Shown here: positions 17,589 to 26,033 of the stretch, one piece after another
Layout: each line of letters starts with the position of its first letter
Numbering within the stretch: position 1 is the first letter of the stretch
Source: Thermoanaerobaculia bacterium
GTDB lineage: Bacteria > Acidobacteriota > Thermoanaerobaculia > Multivoradales > UBA5704
DNA: 64,000 bases
Direction of reading: 5' to 3'
Assembly (NCBI GenBank): GCA_044226625.1
Contig: JBGAGQ010000017.1
Span: 34,316-98,315 of the forward strand
Notes under the pieces: model-generated
What the model was told of the DNA's origin: nothing
Seen by the model: only the letters and a program-made list of their open reading frames with translations
Databases searched by the model: none
Program-made: the position numbers and the translations under genes

Positions 17589-18149
17589 ATGCAGAAAGCT
17601 CTCACCCCGAAAGCGACGATCCTCGAAGCCCCTGAAATGGCGCGGATCGTCCGTCGGATGGCGGGGGAGATCGCGGAGAAGAACCGCGGCGTCAAGGACC
17701 TCCTTCTGATCGGCATCCGCACGCGCGGCGTGCCGCTCGCCGAGTCGCTCGCCCAGGAGATCGGCCGGATGGAGGGGCACGCGGTTCCGACCGGCGTGCT
17801 CGACATCACCCTCTACCGGGACGACCTGTCGACGATCGGGCAGCACCCCCTGGTCAAAGAGACCCACCTGCCGCCGATCGACGGCGCGGTCGTGGTCCTT
17901 TGCGACGACGTGCTCTATACCGGGCGGACCGTGCGCGCCGCCCTCGATCATCTGGTCGACTACGGCCGGCCGCGCGCCGTGCAGCTTGCCGTGCTGGTCG
18001 ACCGGGGGCACCGGGAGCTGCCGATCCAGGCGGATTTCGTCGGCCGCGTCGTGCCGACCTCGGCCGACGAGGTGGTCGAGGTCGCTTTCCCGTCGACTGA
18101 CGGCGGTGCCGAGCAGGTCCGCATCCTCGAACGGACCTCCGCTTCCTGA
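17589..18149 (+). CDS. pyrR: Bifunctional pyr operon regulator/uracil phosphoribosyltransferase
   Basis: [49 protein letters not shown]. Confidence 0.95.
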   Translation: MQKALTPKATILEAPEMARIVRRMAGEIAEKNRGVKDLLLIGIRTRGVPLAESLAQEIGRMEGHAVPTGVLDITLYRDDLSTIGQHPLVKETHLPPIDGAVVVLCDDVLYTGRTVRAALDHLVDYGRPRAVQLAVLVDRGHRELPIQADFVGRVVPTSADEVVEVAFPSTDGGAEQVRILERTSAS

Positions 18150-19111
18150 TGTCGACCGAAACGCCCCCTTCGCCGGTTCGCTGGACCCGGAAGGACCTGC
18201 TCGGGATCGCCGAGCTGTCGCCGGAGGAGATCCAGCTGATCCTGGATACGGCGCTCTCGCTCCAGGCGATCGAGAAGCGGCCGATCAAGAAGGTCCCGAC
18301 GCTCCGCGGAAAGACGGTGATCAACCTCTTCTTCGAGGCGTCGACCCGAACCCGGTCGAGCTTCGAGATCGCGGAGAAGCGCCTCTCGGCCGATACGCTC
18401 AACTTCTCGGCCTCCGGTTCCGCGCTCGAGAAGGGCGAGAGCCTGATCGACACGGCGCTCAACCTCGAAGCGATGGCGCCGGATATGATCGTGATCCGGC
18501 ACAAACATCCGGGAGCTCCCCACCTGCTCGCCCGGCGCCTCAAATCGGGGGTGGTGAATGCCGGCGACGGCGCGCACGAGCACCCGACCCAGGCGCTGCT
18601 CGACGCGTTCACGATCCTCCAGAAGAAGGGGCGGATCGCGGGGCTCAAGGTGGCGATCGTCGGTGACATCGGCCATAGCCGCGTGGTGCGCTCGAACGTC
18701 CACCTGCTCACCAAGCTCGGCGCGCGCGTGGTGGTCGCCGGCCCGCGGACGCTGATGCCGGTCGAGATGGAGAAGATGGGAGTCGAGGTCTGCTACTCGC
18801 TCGACGAGGCGTTGCGCGACGCCGACGTGGTGATGATGTTGCGCATCCAGATCGAGAGGGGAGGCGGTACGGCTTTCCCGTCGGTCCGCGAATATTTCCA
18901 GATGTTCGGCCTGTCCAAGGCGCGCCTGTCGCTCGCCAAGGACGACGCGATCATCATGCACCCCGGGCCGATGAACCGCGGGGTGGAGATTTCGAGCGAG
19001 GTGGCGGACGGTCCCTGGTCGGTGATCCTCGAACAGGTGGCCAACGGGGTCGCGGTCCGAATGGCGGTGCTCTACCTGCTGTCCGGCGCGCATGAGGAGA
19101 TCGGTCGATGA
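18149..19111 (+). CDS. pyrB: Aspartate carbamoyltransferase catalytic subunit
   Basis: [35 protein letters not shown]. Confidence 0.96.
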   Translation: MSTETPPSPVRWTRKDLLGIAELSPEEIQLILDTALSLQAIEKRPIKKVPTLRGKTVINLFFEASTRTRSSFEIAEKRLSADTLNFSASGSALEKGESLIDTALNLEAMAPDMIVIRHKHPGAPHLLARRLKSGVVNAGDGAHEHPTQALLDAFTILQKKGRIAGLKVAIVGDIGHSRVVRSNVHLLTKLGARVVVAGPRTLMPVEMEKMGVEVCYSLDEALRDADVVMMLRIQIERGGGTAFPSVREYFQMFGLSKARLSLAKDDAIIMHPGPMNRGVEISSEVADGPWSVILEQVANGVAVRMAVLYLLSGAHEEIGR

Positions 19112-20391
19112 GCAGGGCGTTGATCCAGGGAGGTCGTCTGGTCGATCCGAGCCAGGGGCTCGACGGGCGGCTCGACCTGTTGATCGAGGACGGCGTGGTG
19201 GCACGGATCGACGAGCGGATCGAACCGCTGGAAGGCGTCGAGCCGTTCGACGCCACCGGCCTGGTTGTCTCGCCCGGTCTGATCGACATCCACGTCCACC
19301 TGCGCGAGCCGGGCTTCGAATACAAAGAGACCGTTCAAACGGGGACCCGCGCGGCGGCGGCCGGCGGGTTCACTTCCGTCGCCTGCATGGCGAATACCGA
19401 TCCGGTGCACGACAATCGCTCGGTCACCGGCCACATCCTCTCGGAAGCCGAGCGCTGGGGTTACGCGCGGGTCTATCCGATCGGCGCAATCAGCAAGGGG
19501 CTGCTGGGCGTCGAGCTCGCCGAGATCGGCGAGATGGTAAACGCCGGCGCGGTCGCGGTGTCGGACGACGGCAAGCCCGTGATGAACGCCGAGCTGATGC
19601 GCCGGGCGTTGCTCTACGCCCAGCATTTCGGCATCCCGGTGATCCAGCACGCCGAGGACCTGCATCTTTCGGGCAAAGGCGTGATGCACGAAGGGGAGTG
19701 GTCGACCCGGCTCGGCCTCGAAGGAATTCCGGGATCGGCCGAGGACGTGATGGTCGCGCGCGACCTGATCCTCCTCGAAGATTCGGGCGGCCGCTACCAC
19801 GTGGCGCACCTCTCCACCGCGCGAAGCCTGGAGCTCGTGCGGCGCGCGAAGGCCAAGGGCATTCCGGTCACCTGCGAGGTGACACCCCACCATCTCGTGC
19901 TCACCGACGAAGAGGTGGCGAAGACCTCGTTCTCCACCCAGACCAAGATGAAGCCGCCGCTCCGCTCCGAGCGCGATCGCGTGGCCATGATCGAGGGGCT
20001 GGTCGACGGTACGATCGACGCGATCGCCTCGGATCACGCGCCGCATCACGCCGACGAGAAAGAAGTCGAGTACAACTGCGCCCCGTTCGGCATCCTGGGC
20101 CTTGAGACGACCCTGCCGCTCTGCCTCACCCGTCTGGTCCACGCCGGGGTGATCTCGCTCTCCCGCTTCGTCGAGCTGCTCACCATCGGCCCGGCTAAAG
20201 CGCTGAACCTCCCCGTCGGCTCGCTCGCGCCAGGGAAACCCGCCGACGTGACGATCTTCGACCCCGACCGTGAAGTCGTGATCGAGCCCGAATCCTTCCG
20301 CAGCAAGAGCCGCAACACCCCTTTCGGAGGCTGGAAGCTCAAGGGAGCGCCGGTCGCAACGTTTCTCTCGGGGCGGCGGGTCGTCCTGTAA
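19108..20391 (+). CDS. pyrC: Dihydroorotase
   Basis: [39 protein letters not shown]; located in the pyr operon. Confidence 0.94.
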   Translation: MSRALIQGGRLVDPSQGLDGRLDLLIEDGVVARIDERIEPLEGVEPFDATGLVVSPGLIDIHVHLREPGFEYKETVQTGTRAAAAGGFTSVACMANTDPVHDNRSVTGHILSEAERWGYARVYPIGAISKGLLGVELAEIGEMVNAGAVAVSDDGKPVMNAELMRRALLYAQHFGIPVIQHAEDLHLSGKGVMHEGEWSTRLGLEGIPGSAEDVMVARDLILLEDSGGRYHVAHLSTARSLELVRRAKAKGIPVTCEVTPHHLVLTDEEVAKTSFSTQTKMKPPLRSERDRVAMIEGLVDGTIDAIASDHAPHHADEKEVEYNCAPFGILGLETTLPLCLTRLVHAGVISLSRFVELLTIGPAKALNLPVGSLAPGKPADVTIFDPDREVVIEPESFRSKSRNTPFGGWKLKGAPVATFLSGRRVVL

Positions 20392-20594
20392 CCGATAGAT
20401 TTTTCGTAGAGCAGCATCTCCGCGCGGCGGCATCGCCGGGCGCCCTCTGTCCCGCTGTTCACTCTGAAGGCTGCCGGGATTGAGGTTCAAGAACGGGGAC
20501 CTGCCCGAGCTGGCGCGTGCGGGAGAAGCCCTGTTGGACGAGTAGTCCGGTAAAGCACCAGACATTCCAGGCCTCTCGACTTCTAAGGTCGATG

Positions 20595-22172
20595 TCAGAC
20601 CTGTCGCGGTAACCGCACCTCGATCGTCGCCCCACCCATCCGTCCAGAGAGGGCGCGGACGTTACCTCCGTAGCCTTCGACGATCGCGCGGACGATGGCG
20701 AGGCCGAGGCCGGAGTGGGCGCTTGCGGCGCGGCCTTCGGGGCGGGAGGAGAAGAAGCGTTCGAAGACGCGTTCGCGGTCGGCCTCCGGGATTCCTGGGC
20801 CCTGGTCGGAGATTTCGACGCCGACTTGGGTGTCGGAGGAGCGAAGTCGGATCGCGATCGTTCCCTGCGGCGGCGAGAAGCTCGCGGCGTTGTCGAGGAG
20901 GTTTTCGAACGCCTGGGCAAGGCGATCGGGGCTCGCGCGGGTCCAGTGCTTCTCGTCGGGGATGTCCAGCTCGAACCGTAGCGTCGGATAGCGCAGCTTG
21001 AATCCTTCGACCAGGCCGGCGAGGAGATCGCTCAACACCAGTCGCTCGGTCGGCTCGGCCTCGAGGCGGGCGTCGATCGCGGTGATCTCGGCGACGCTTC
21101 CGAGCAATCGTTCGAGGCGGGAGATCTCGGCGAGGGCCAGGTGAGAGAGCCGGACCCGCTCGGCGGGCTCGCTTTCGCCGTCGAGCAGCTCGATCGCGTT
21201 GCGGATCGCCGCGAGCGGGTTCTTGAACTCGTGCGCCACGTCGGCTGCGAACGATTCGATGAAGCCAAGGTGCCCTTGGAGACGCGCGGTGAGCGCTTCG
21301 AGCGCGCGAGCGAGCTCGCCGATCTCGTCCCGCCGTTTCGATCCTCGGAACCGGCCGCGCAGTCGGCCGCGGCGGTCGACCAAGTCGGCGGCCTGGGACG
21401 AAAGCTGTGCCACCGGCCGGCTGATCGTCGTCGCGAGCAGGAAGGAGAGGAGGATCGCCGCACCGATCGAGACGAGAAGGATTTCGAAGATCCGGAGGCG
21501 CACCGCGTAGAGAGAGCGCAGTACGCGCACGGTCGATTGGGTGACGACGACGGCGCCGATCACTTTCCCGCCTCCCCGAATCGGAATCGCGCTGTGCAGG
21601 GTGAGCGACCGTTGGCCGGGCGAACGCTCGACCCCTCCGCCGTAGCGGCCGGAGAGCGCGGCGGAGAGCGCCGTGGCGAGGCCGCTCTTCCGGGTCTCGG
21701 CACGCGGCGATCGCGTCGAGGGCGCCGCGTTCCGGGCCGCGAAGAGCGGCTCGGTGAAGCGGAAGATCGCCGCCCCCAGGCGGTAGACGAGGCTGCGCCG
21801 CTCGGGAGAGTCGCGCGCTGCCTCTCCTCCCGGATCGCTCGCATAGCGATCGGCGGGCGGCGGCTTCGCAGGAGCGCCCCGGCTCGAATCCGCGAGCAAG
21901 CCGCGGGCGTCGTAGACGCGCAGGCGGCTTTCGGTCCGCGCTTCGAGCCGGCCGAGCAACGCCCCGGCGTCGGTCGGTGTCAGCTCGGCCCTCCCGCCGA
22001 GCGCGGCCGAGACGAGACGCCCCTGCTGCACCATGGCCTTCTCCTGCTGGGTGAGCAGTTCCCGTTCGTAGAGGTCGAGGTAGAACAGGCCCGAAACGGG
22101 GAGGAACACGAGCAGAAGGTTGAACAGGAGCAGCCGCGTCGAGAGGCGCGACACCAGGCGCGGTCGCATCAT
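20595..22172 (-). CDS. Membrane sensor histidine kinase (ChvG/CreC-like, HAMP-HisKA-HATPase)
   Basis: Two TM segments, HAMP RRDEIGELA, H-box AHEFKNPL, N-box ENLLDNA, DQGPGI, GLGLAIV. Confidence 0.9.
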   Translation of the reverse strand: MMRPRLVSRLSTRLLLFNLLLVFLPVSGLFYLDLYERELLTQQEKAMVQQGRLVSAALGGRAELTPTDAGALLGRLEARTESRLRVYDARGLLADSSRGAPAKPPPADRYASDPGGEAARDSPERRSLVYRLGAAIFRFTEPLFAARNAAPSTRSPRAETRKSGLATALSAALSGRYGGGVERSPGQRSLTLHSAIPIRGGGKVIGAVVVTQSTVRVLRSLYAVRLRIFEILLVSIGAAILLSFLLATTISRPVAQLSSQAADLVDRRGRLRGRFRGSKRRDEIGELARALEALTARLQGHLGFIESFAADVAHEFKNPLAAIRNAIELLDGESEPAERVRLSHLALAEISRLERLLGSVAEITAIDARLEAEPTERLVLSDLLAGLVEGFKLRYPTLRFELDIPDEKHWTRASPDRLAQAFENLLDNAASFSPPQGTIAIRLRSSDTQVGVEISDQGPGIPEADRERVFERFFSSRPEGRAASAHSGLGLAIVRAIVEGYGGNVRALSGRMGGATIEVRLPRQV

Positions 22173-22262
22173 GCCCGGCCTCGGAAGCTCACGCGGTTGA
22201 CGGCAGACGATCGGTTGGTGCGGCTCGCCTGATGACTCATCGGAGGTCGCGCAACCGGCGGG

Positions 22263-22976
22263 TCAATCAGGCTCCCGAAGCCGATAGCCGAGGCCGTAGA
22301 CGGTCTCGATCGCCTCGGCTCCCGCAGGGTCGGCTTCCGCGAGCTTCTTGCGCAGCCGCTTGACGTGGCTGTCGATCGTCCGCTCGGAGACGTAGGCGTC
22401 GTAAGGATAGCCCTCCTGCATCAGCTGGGCGCGCGTCTTGACGTGCCCCGGCCGCCGGGCAAGGGCGGCAAGCAGGGTGAACTCGGTGACCGTGAGGTCG
22501 AGTGCCGTCTCGCCCGAGCGCGCTCGGTAGCGTTTGGGATCCAGCGTGAGCGCGCCGACGTGGATCAGCTGCTCGGGCTCTTCGGGCTCCGCGGCGTGGG
22601 CCGCGCGGCGCAGCAGGACCTTCACCCTCGCGACCATCTCGCGGAGCGAAAACGGCTTGCAGAGGTAGTCGTCCGCCCCCAGCTCCAGGCCGAGCACCCG
22701 GTCGAACTCCTCGTCTCGCGAGGTGACGAAGAGAATCGGCAGACGTTCCGAATGCGCACGCAGCCGGCGGCAGAGCTCGCGCCCGTCGAGGCCCGGCAGG
22801 AGGATGTCGAGGATCGCCAGGTCCGGAAGCCCTCGCTCGAAAGAGGTCCAGGCGGCCAGACCGTCGGCGTACGGTTCGACCCGATAGCCTTCGCGGGCGA
22901 GCGCCGTGCGCATCGTCTCGCGCACGCCTTCCTCGTCCTCGACCAGAGCGATCCGGGCTCCGCTAGGGGGTGTCAT
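22263..22976 (-). CDS. OmpR-family response regulator (ChvI/CreB-like)
   Basis: LVEDE, ILDILLP, GADDYLCKPF, winged helix RTIDSHVKRLRKK, IETVYGLGY. Confidence 0.92.
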   Translation of the reverse strand: MTPPSGARIALVEDEEGVRETMRTALAREGYRVEPYADGLAAWTSFERGLPDLAILDILLPGLDGRELCRRLRAHSERLPILFVTSRDEEFDRVLGLELGADDYLCKPFSLREMVARVKVLLRRAAHAAEPEEPEQLIHVGALTLDPKRYRARSGETALDLTVTEFTLLAALARRPGHVKTRAQLMQEGYPYDAYVSERTIDSHVKRLRKKLAEADPAGAEAIETVYGLGYRLREPD

Positions 22977-23149
22977 GTCGCGAAACTCTAGCCCAGCCTC
23001 GCCGCGATGGCCCTCGCGCCACGATTTCGCCATGATCTTCCTCGGCGATGCCATCCATCGGCCGCACCACGTCCTTCGCGCTTCGCTCGAATGGCCGCGA
23101 ACCGGGCGCCGGCCTTTGGTGCCGCGCGTCAGATCGGAGGGACTCTGAG

Positions 23150-24571
23150 ATGTTCGAAACGGAACGGCCGCGCTCTTGGCGCGACTCGAAATTGATCAAG
23201 GTGATGGGCGTCGGGATTCTGGTGCTGCTGCTCCTGATTCCGCTCGCCATGGTGCACGGCCTGGTGAGCGAACGGCAGCAGCGCCAGCTGTCGGTCGAGC
23301 AGGAGCTCGCTTCCGTCTGGGGTGGCGCCCAGAAAATCGGCGGACCGGTGCTCACGGTTCCCTACAGCTCGCTCTGCGACGTGCAGTCGACGGCGCCGAA
23401 CGGGCAGATGACTCACGTGCTCGAGAACTGCGAGAAGCAGGCGCATTTCCTTCCGGAGACGTTGTCGATCGAGGGGCGGGTCGTGCCGGAAGTCCGTTCG
23501 CGCGGAATCTTCGACGTGGTCGTCTACCGGACCGAGCTCAAGATCTCGGGAACGTTCGCGCCTCCGAACTTCGACGAGCTCGCGCGCGACGCCACGGCGG
23601 GGGCGGGGGGGCCGGTCGGGGAGCCCCACAGGGAGCGCGCGTCCCTCGGAATGGGGATCCCCGATCTCCGTGGCATCCGGGGCCGGGTCGACCTCGACTG
23701 GCACGGAAGGAAGGTTGCGTTCTCGCCCGGCGCGGCGGATCCGAATCTCTGGGCCACGGGGCTCCGGGCGCCGCTCGCCGTCGTCGCGGGCGACCTCACC
23801 AAGGCCCCCGACGGTGGCCGCATTCCGTTTGCCTTCACGATCAATCTGGCCGGCTCCAGCCGGCTCGATGTGCTGCCGTTCGGTCGGCAGACCCACGTCC
23901 GGCTCGCCTCGTCCTGGGGGAGCCCGGGGTTCACCGGCGCGTTCCTCCCTGAGACGCGGCAGGTCGGGAAAGACGGCTTCAACGCCACCTGGAACGTCTC
24001 GTACTACGGCCGGAGCTATCCGCAACTCTGGTCTTCGGAACAGACCCCCGAGCTCTCCTCGGCGATCAACGGCTCGGCGTTCGGTGTCGACTTCGTCCAG
24101 CCGGTCGACGTCTATCAGCAGACCGAGCGGTCGGTGAAATACGGCGCGCTCTTCCTGGTGCTCACCTTCGTCACCTTCTTCCTCTTCGAGTTGTTCCAAC
24201 CGATCCGGGTCCACCCGGTGCAGTACCTGATGGTCGGCTCGGCGCTCTGCCTGTTCTACGTGTTGTTGCTGTCGGTCGCCGAGCAGCTTTCGTTTGCGAT
24301 CGCGTACCTGATCGCTGGAGGGGCGACGGTGGCGCTGCTGGGCGCCTACGCCGGAGCGGTGCTCAAGAGCGCAGCCCGCGCGACGGTTTTCGCGGGGGTC
24401 CTCGCGATGCTCTATGCCTACCTCTATGTCCTCCTCCAGGCGGAGGACTACGCGCTTCTGCTCGGCTCGGTCGGCCTGTTCCTGATCCTCGCTCTGGTGA
24501 TGTTGATCACGCGCAAGGTCGATTGGTACGGCGGGACGCCGTCGGCGGCCGGAGCGACGAGAGCGGTTTAG
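23150..24571 (+). CDS. creD: Cell envelope integrity protein CreD
   Basis: LLLIPL, WGGAQKIGGP, RSRGIF, SW.SPGF.GAFLP, ERSVKYG, HPVQYLMVG, LLQAEDYALLLGS, TRKVDWY. Confidence 0.92.
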   Translation: MFETERPRSWRDSKLIKVMGVGILVLLLLIPLAMVHGLVSERQQRQLSVEQELASVWGGAQKIGGPVLTVPYSSLCDVQSTAPNGQMTHVLENCEKQAHFLPETLSIEGRVVPEVRSRGIFDVVVYRTELKISGTFAPPNFDELARDATAGAGGPVGEPHRERASLGMGIPDLRGIRGRVDLDWHGRKVAFSPGAADPNLWATGLRAPLAVVAGDLTKAPDGGRIPFAFTINLAGSSRLDVLPFGRQTHVRLASSWGSPGFTGAFLPETRQVGKDGFNATWNVSYYGRSYPQLWSSEQTPELSSAINGSAFGVDFVQPVDVYQQTERSVKYGALFLVLTFVTFFLFELFQPIRVHPVQYLMVGSALCLFYVLLLSVAEQLSFAIAYLIAGGATVALLGAYAGAVLKSAARATVFAGVLAMLYAYLYVLLQAEDYALLLGSVGLFLILALVMLITRKVDWYGGTPSAAGATRAV

Positions 24572-24682
24572 AAAGAGCCGCCCAGGATTCACTGGGGCCG
24601 CGAAATCGGGTGGAGCCGCGTATGATGCGGTCCACCCGGATTTCGTGGACGGACTTTCGCCGGGAAGAGAGGATTCGGGCGG

Positions 24683-25441
24683 ATGTTCGGTCTCGACGAA
24701 TGGCTGGTCGCGCAGAACGCCACCGGGGCGATGGCGCTCGTGGTGGCCTTGTTGCTCGGCCTTCGGCACGCGACCGATCCCGACCATCTGACGGCGATCT
24801 CGACTCTCGTCCTTTCGGACCGGCGCGACGGCACTCGCCGGGCGACCAGGCTCGGCTTAGCCTGGGGGCTGGGGCATGCGACGACGCTCTTCGTCTTCGG
24901 TCTGCCGGTCATCCTGTTTCGAAGCTACCTGCCGAAAGCCGTCCAGGCGGCGGCGGAGGCCACCATCGGTCTGGTGATCGCGGCCCTCGCGATCCGCCTT
25001 CTGTTGCGCTGGCGCCGCGGCGCCTTCCACATCCATCCCCACGAGCACGAGGGACGGCTCCATGCCCATCCCCACGCGCACGAGCTGCGGGCCGATTCGG
25101 AGCACGACTCGGTGAGGGCCCATGGGCATCGCCATGCCGAATCGCTGGGCCGCTCGCCGCTCACCGCATTCGGGATCGGTCTGCTACACGGGATCGGCGG
25201 TTCGGCTGCGGTGGGAGTCTTGCTGGTCGGAGCGGTGGCAGGTCGGGGACGAGGCGTGCTCGCGCTCTTACTGTTCGCGGCCGCGACGGCGGTTTCGATG
25301 GCGCTGGTCTCGTCGGCGTTCGGCTACGCTCTCGCGCGCGGTCCGCTCTCGCGTCTGCTCGTGCGCTGGGTCCCGCTGTTCGGGGTGTCGGGGGTGCTTT
25401 TCGGTCTCTGGTACGCCTACGCCGCGTTGCTCGGGATTTAG
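24683..25441 (+). CDS. High-affinity nickel/cobalt transporter family protein (NiCoT/UreH-like)
   Basis: LGLRHATDPDHL, WGLGH, His-rich loop HIHPHEHEG..HAHPHAH, GLLHGIGGS. Confidence 0.82.
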   Translation: MFGLDEWLVAQNATGAMALVVALLLGLRHATDPDHLTAISTLVLSDRRDGTRRATRLGLAWGLGHATTLFVFGLPVILFRSYLPKAVQAAAEATIGLVIAALAIRLLLRWRRGAFHIHPHEHEGRLHAHPHAHELRADSEHDSVRAHGHRHAESLGRSPLTAFGIGLLHGIGGSAAVGVLLVGAVAGRGRGVLALLLFAAATAVSMALVSSAFGYALARGPLSRLLVRWVPLFGVSGVLFGLWYAYAALLGI

Positions 25442-25506
25442 CTCCAAGGAGAGCTTCCGGGATTGCCCTCGGATCGTCGGAGAGTCGATTCACGCGAGCG
25501 CCAACG

Positions 25507-25539
25507 AAAAACGGCGCCTCGTGACCTTCGAGGCGCCGT
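25507..25539 (-). terminator. Rho-independent terminator for the minus-strand gene (possibly bidirectional)
   Basis: acggcgcctcg/cgaggcgccgt 11-bp stem preceded by an A run on + (U-tract on -). Confidence 0.7.
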
Positions 25540-25604
25540 CTCGTCCTGACTCAAGTCTTCAATATTCCTCAACCCGTGCCGAGACCGGCGCGGGATGGTG
25601 TCGT

Positions 25605-25973
25605 TTACTCCTCTTCTCCCGAGTCGGCCTGGCACTGGACCAGCTCTTTGCTGGTGATCGTCCAGGTGCCCTTGCCGCCGCAGATGTCGACCGCTTCGAC
25701 GACGCACTCGTCGCCCTCTTCGTCGACGAGCTTGACGTCATAGGTATCGCACGGAATGTTGGAAAGCTTGAAAGACTCGTTCGTGCCGATCACGTCATCG
25801 CGCAGCTGGTCCGGGCCCCACTCCTCCTGCTCGGCGGGGGAGAGGAAGAACTGATGGATCTCCCACTCGCTCTTGTTGACGACCGTCACAGTGGCGTTAG
25901 CGGCGGAGGCGGCAGTCGGAAGAGCCGCAGCGATGGCGCAGAGCCCTCCCACGAGCAACACGATCTTCTTCAA
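25605..25973 (-). CDS. Small secreted hypothetical protein
   Basis: SD AAGGAG before a TTG start, signal peptide, VVNKS..EI..FFLSP...WGPD.L, YDVKLVDEEGDEC. Confidence 0.75.
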   Translation of the reverse strand: MKKIVLLVGGLCAIAAALPTAASAANATVTVVNKSEWEIHQFFLSPAEQEEWGPDQLRDDVIGTNESFKLSNIPCDTYDVKLVDEEGDECVVEAVDICGGKGTWTITSKELVQCQADSGEEE

Positions 25974-26033
25974 GAGATTCTCCTTTCGGTGTAGGCCTAG
26001 AGGATACCACGCGCCGAGCTAGAATTCGCCGCG

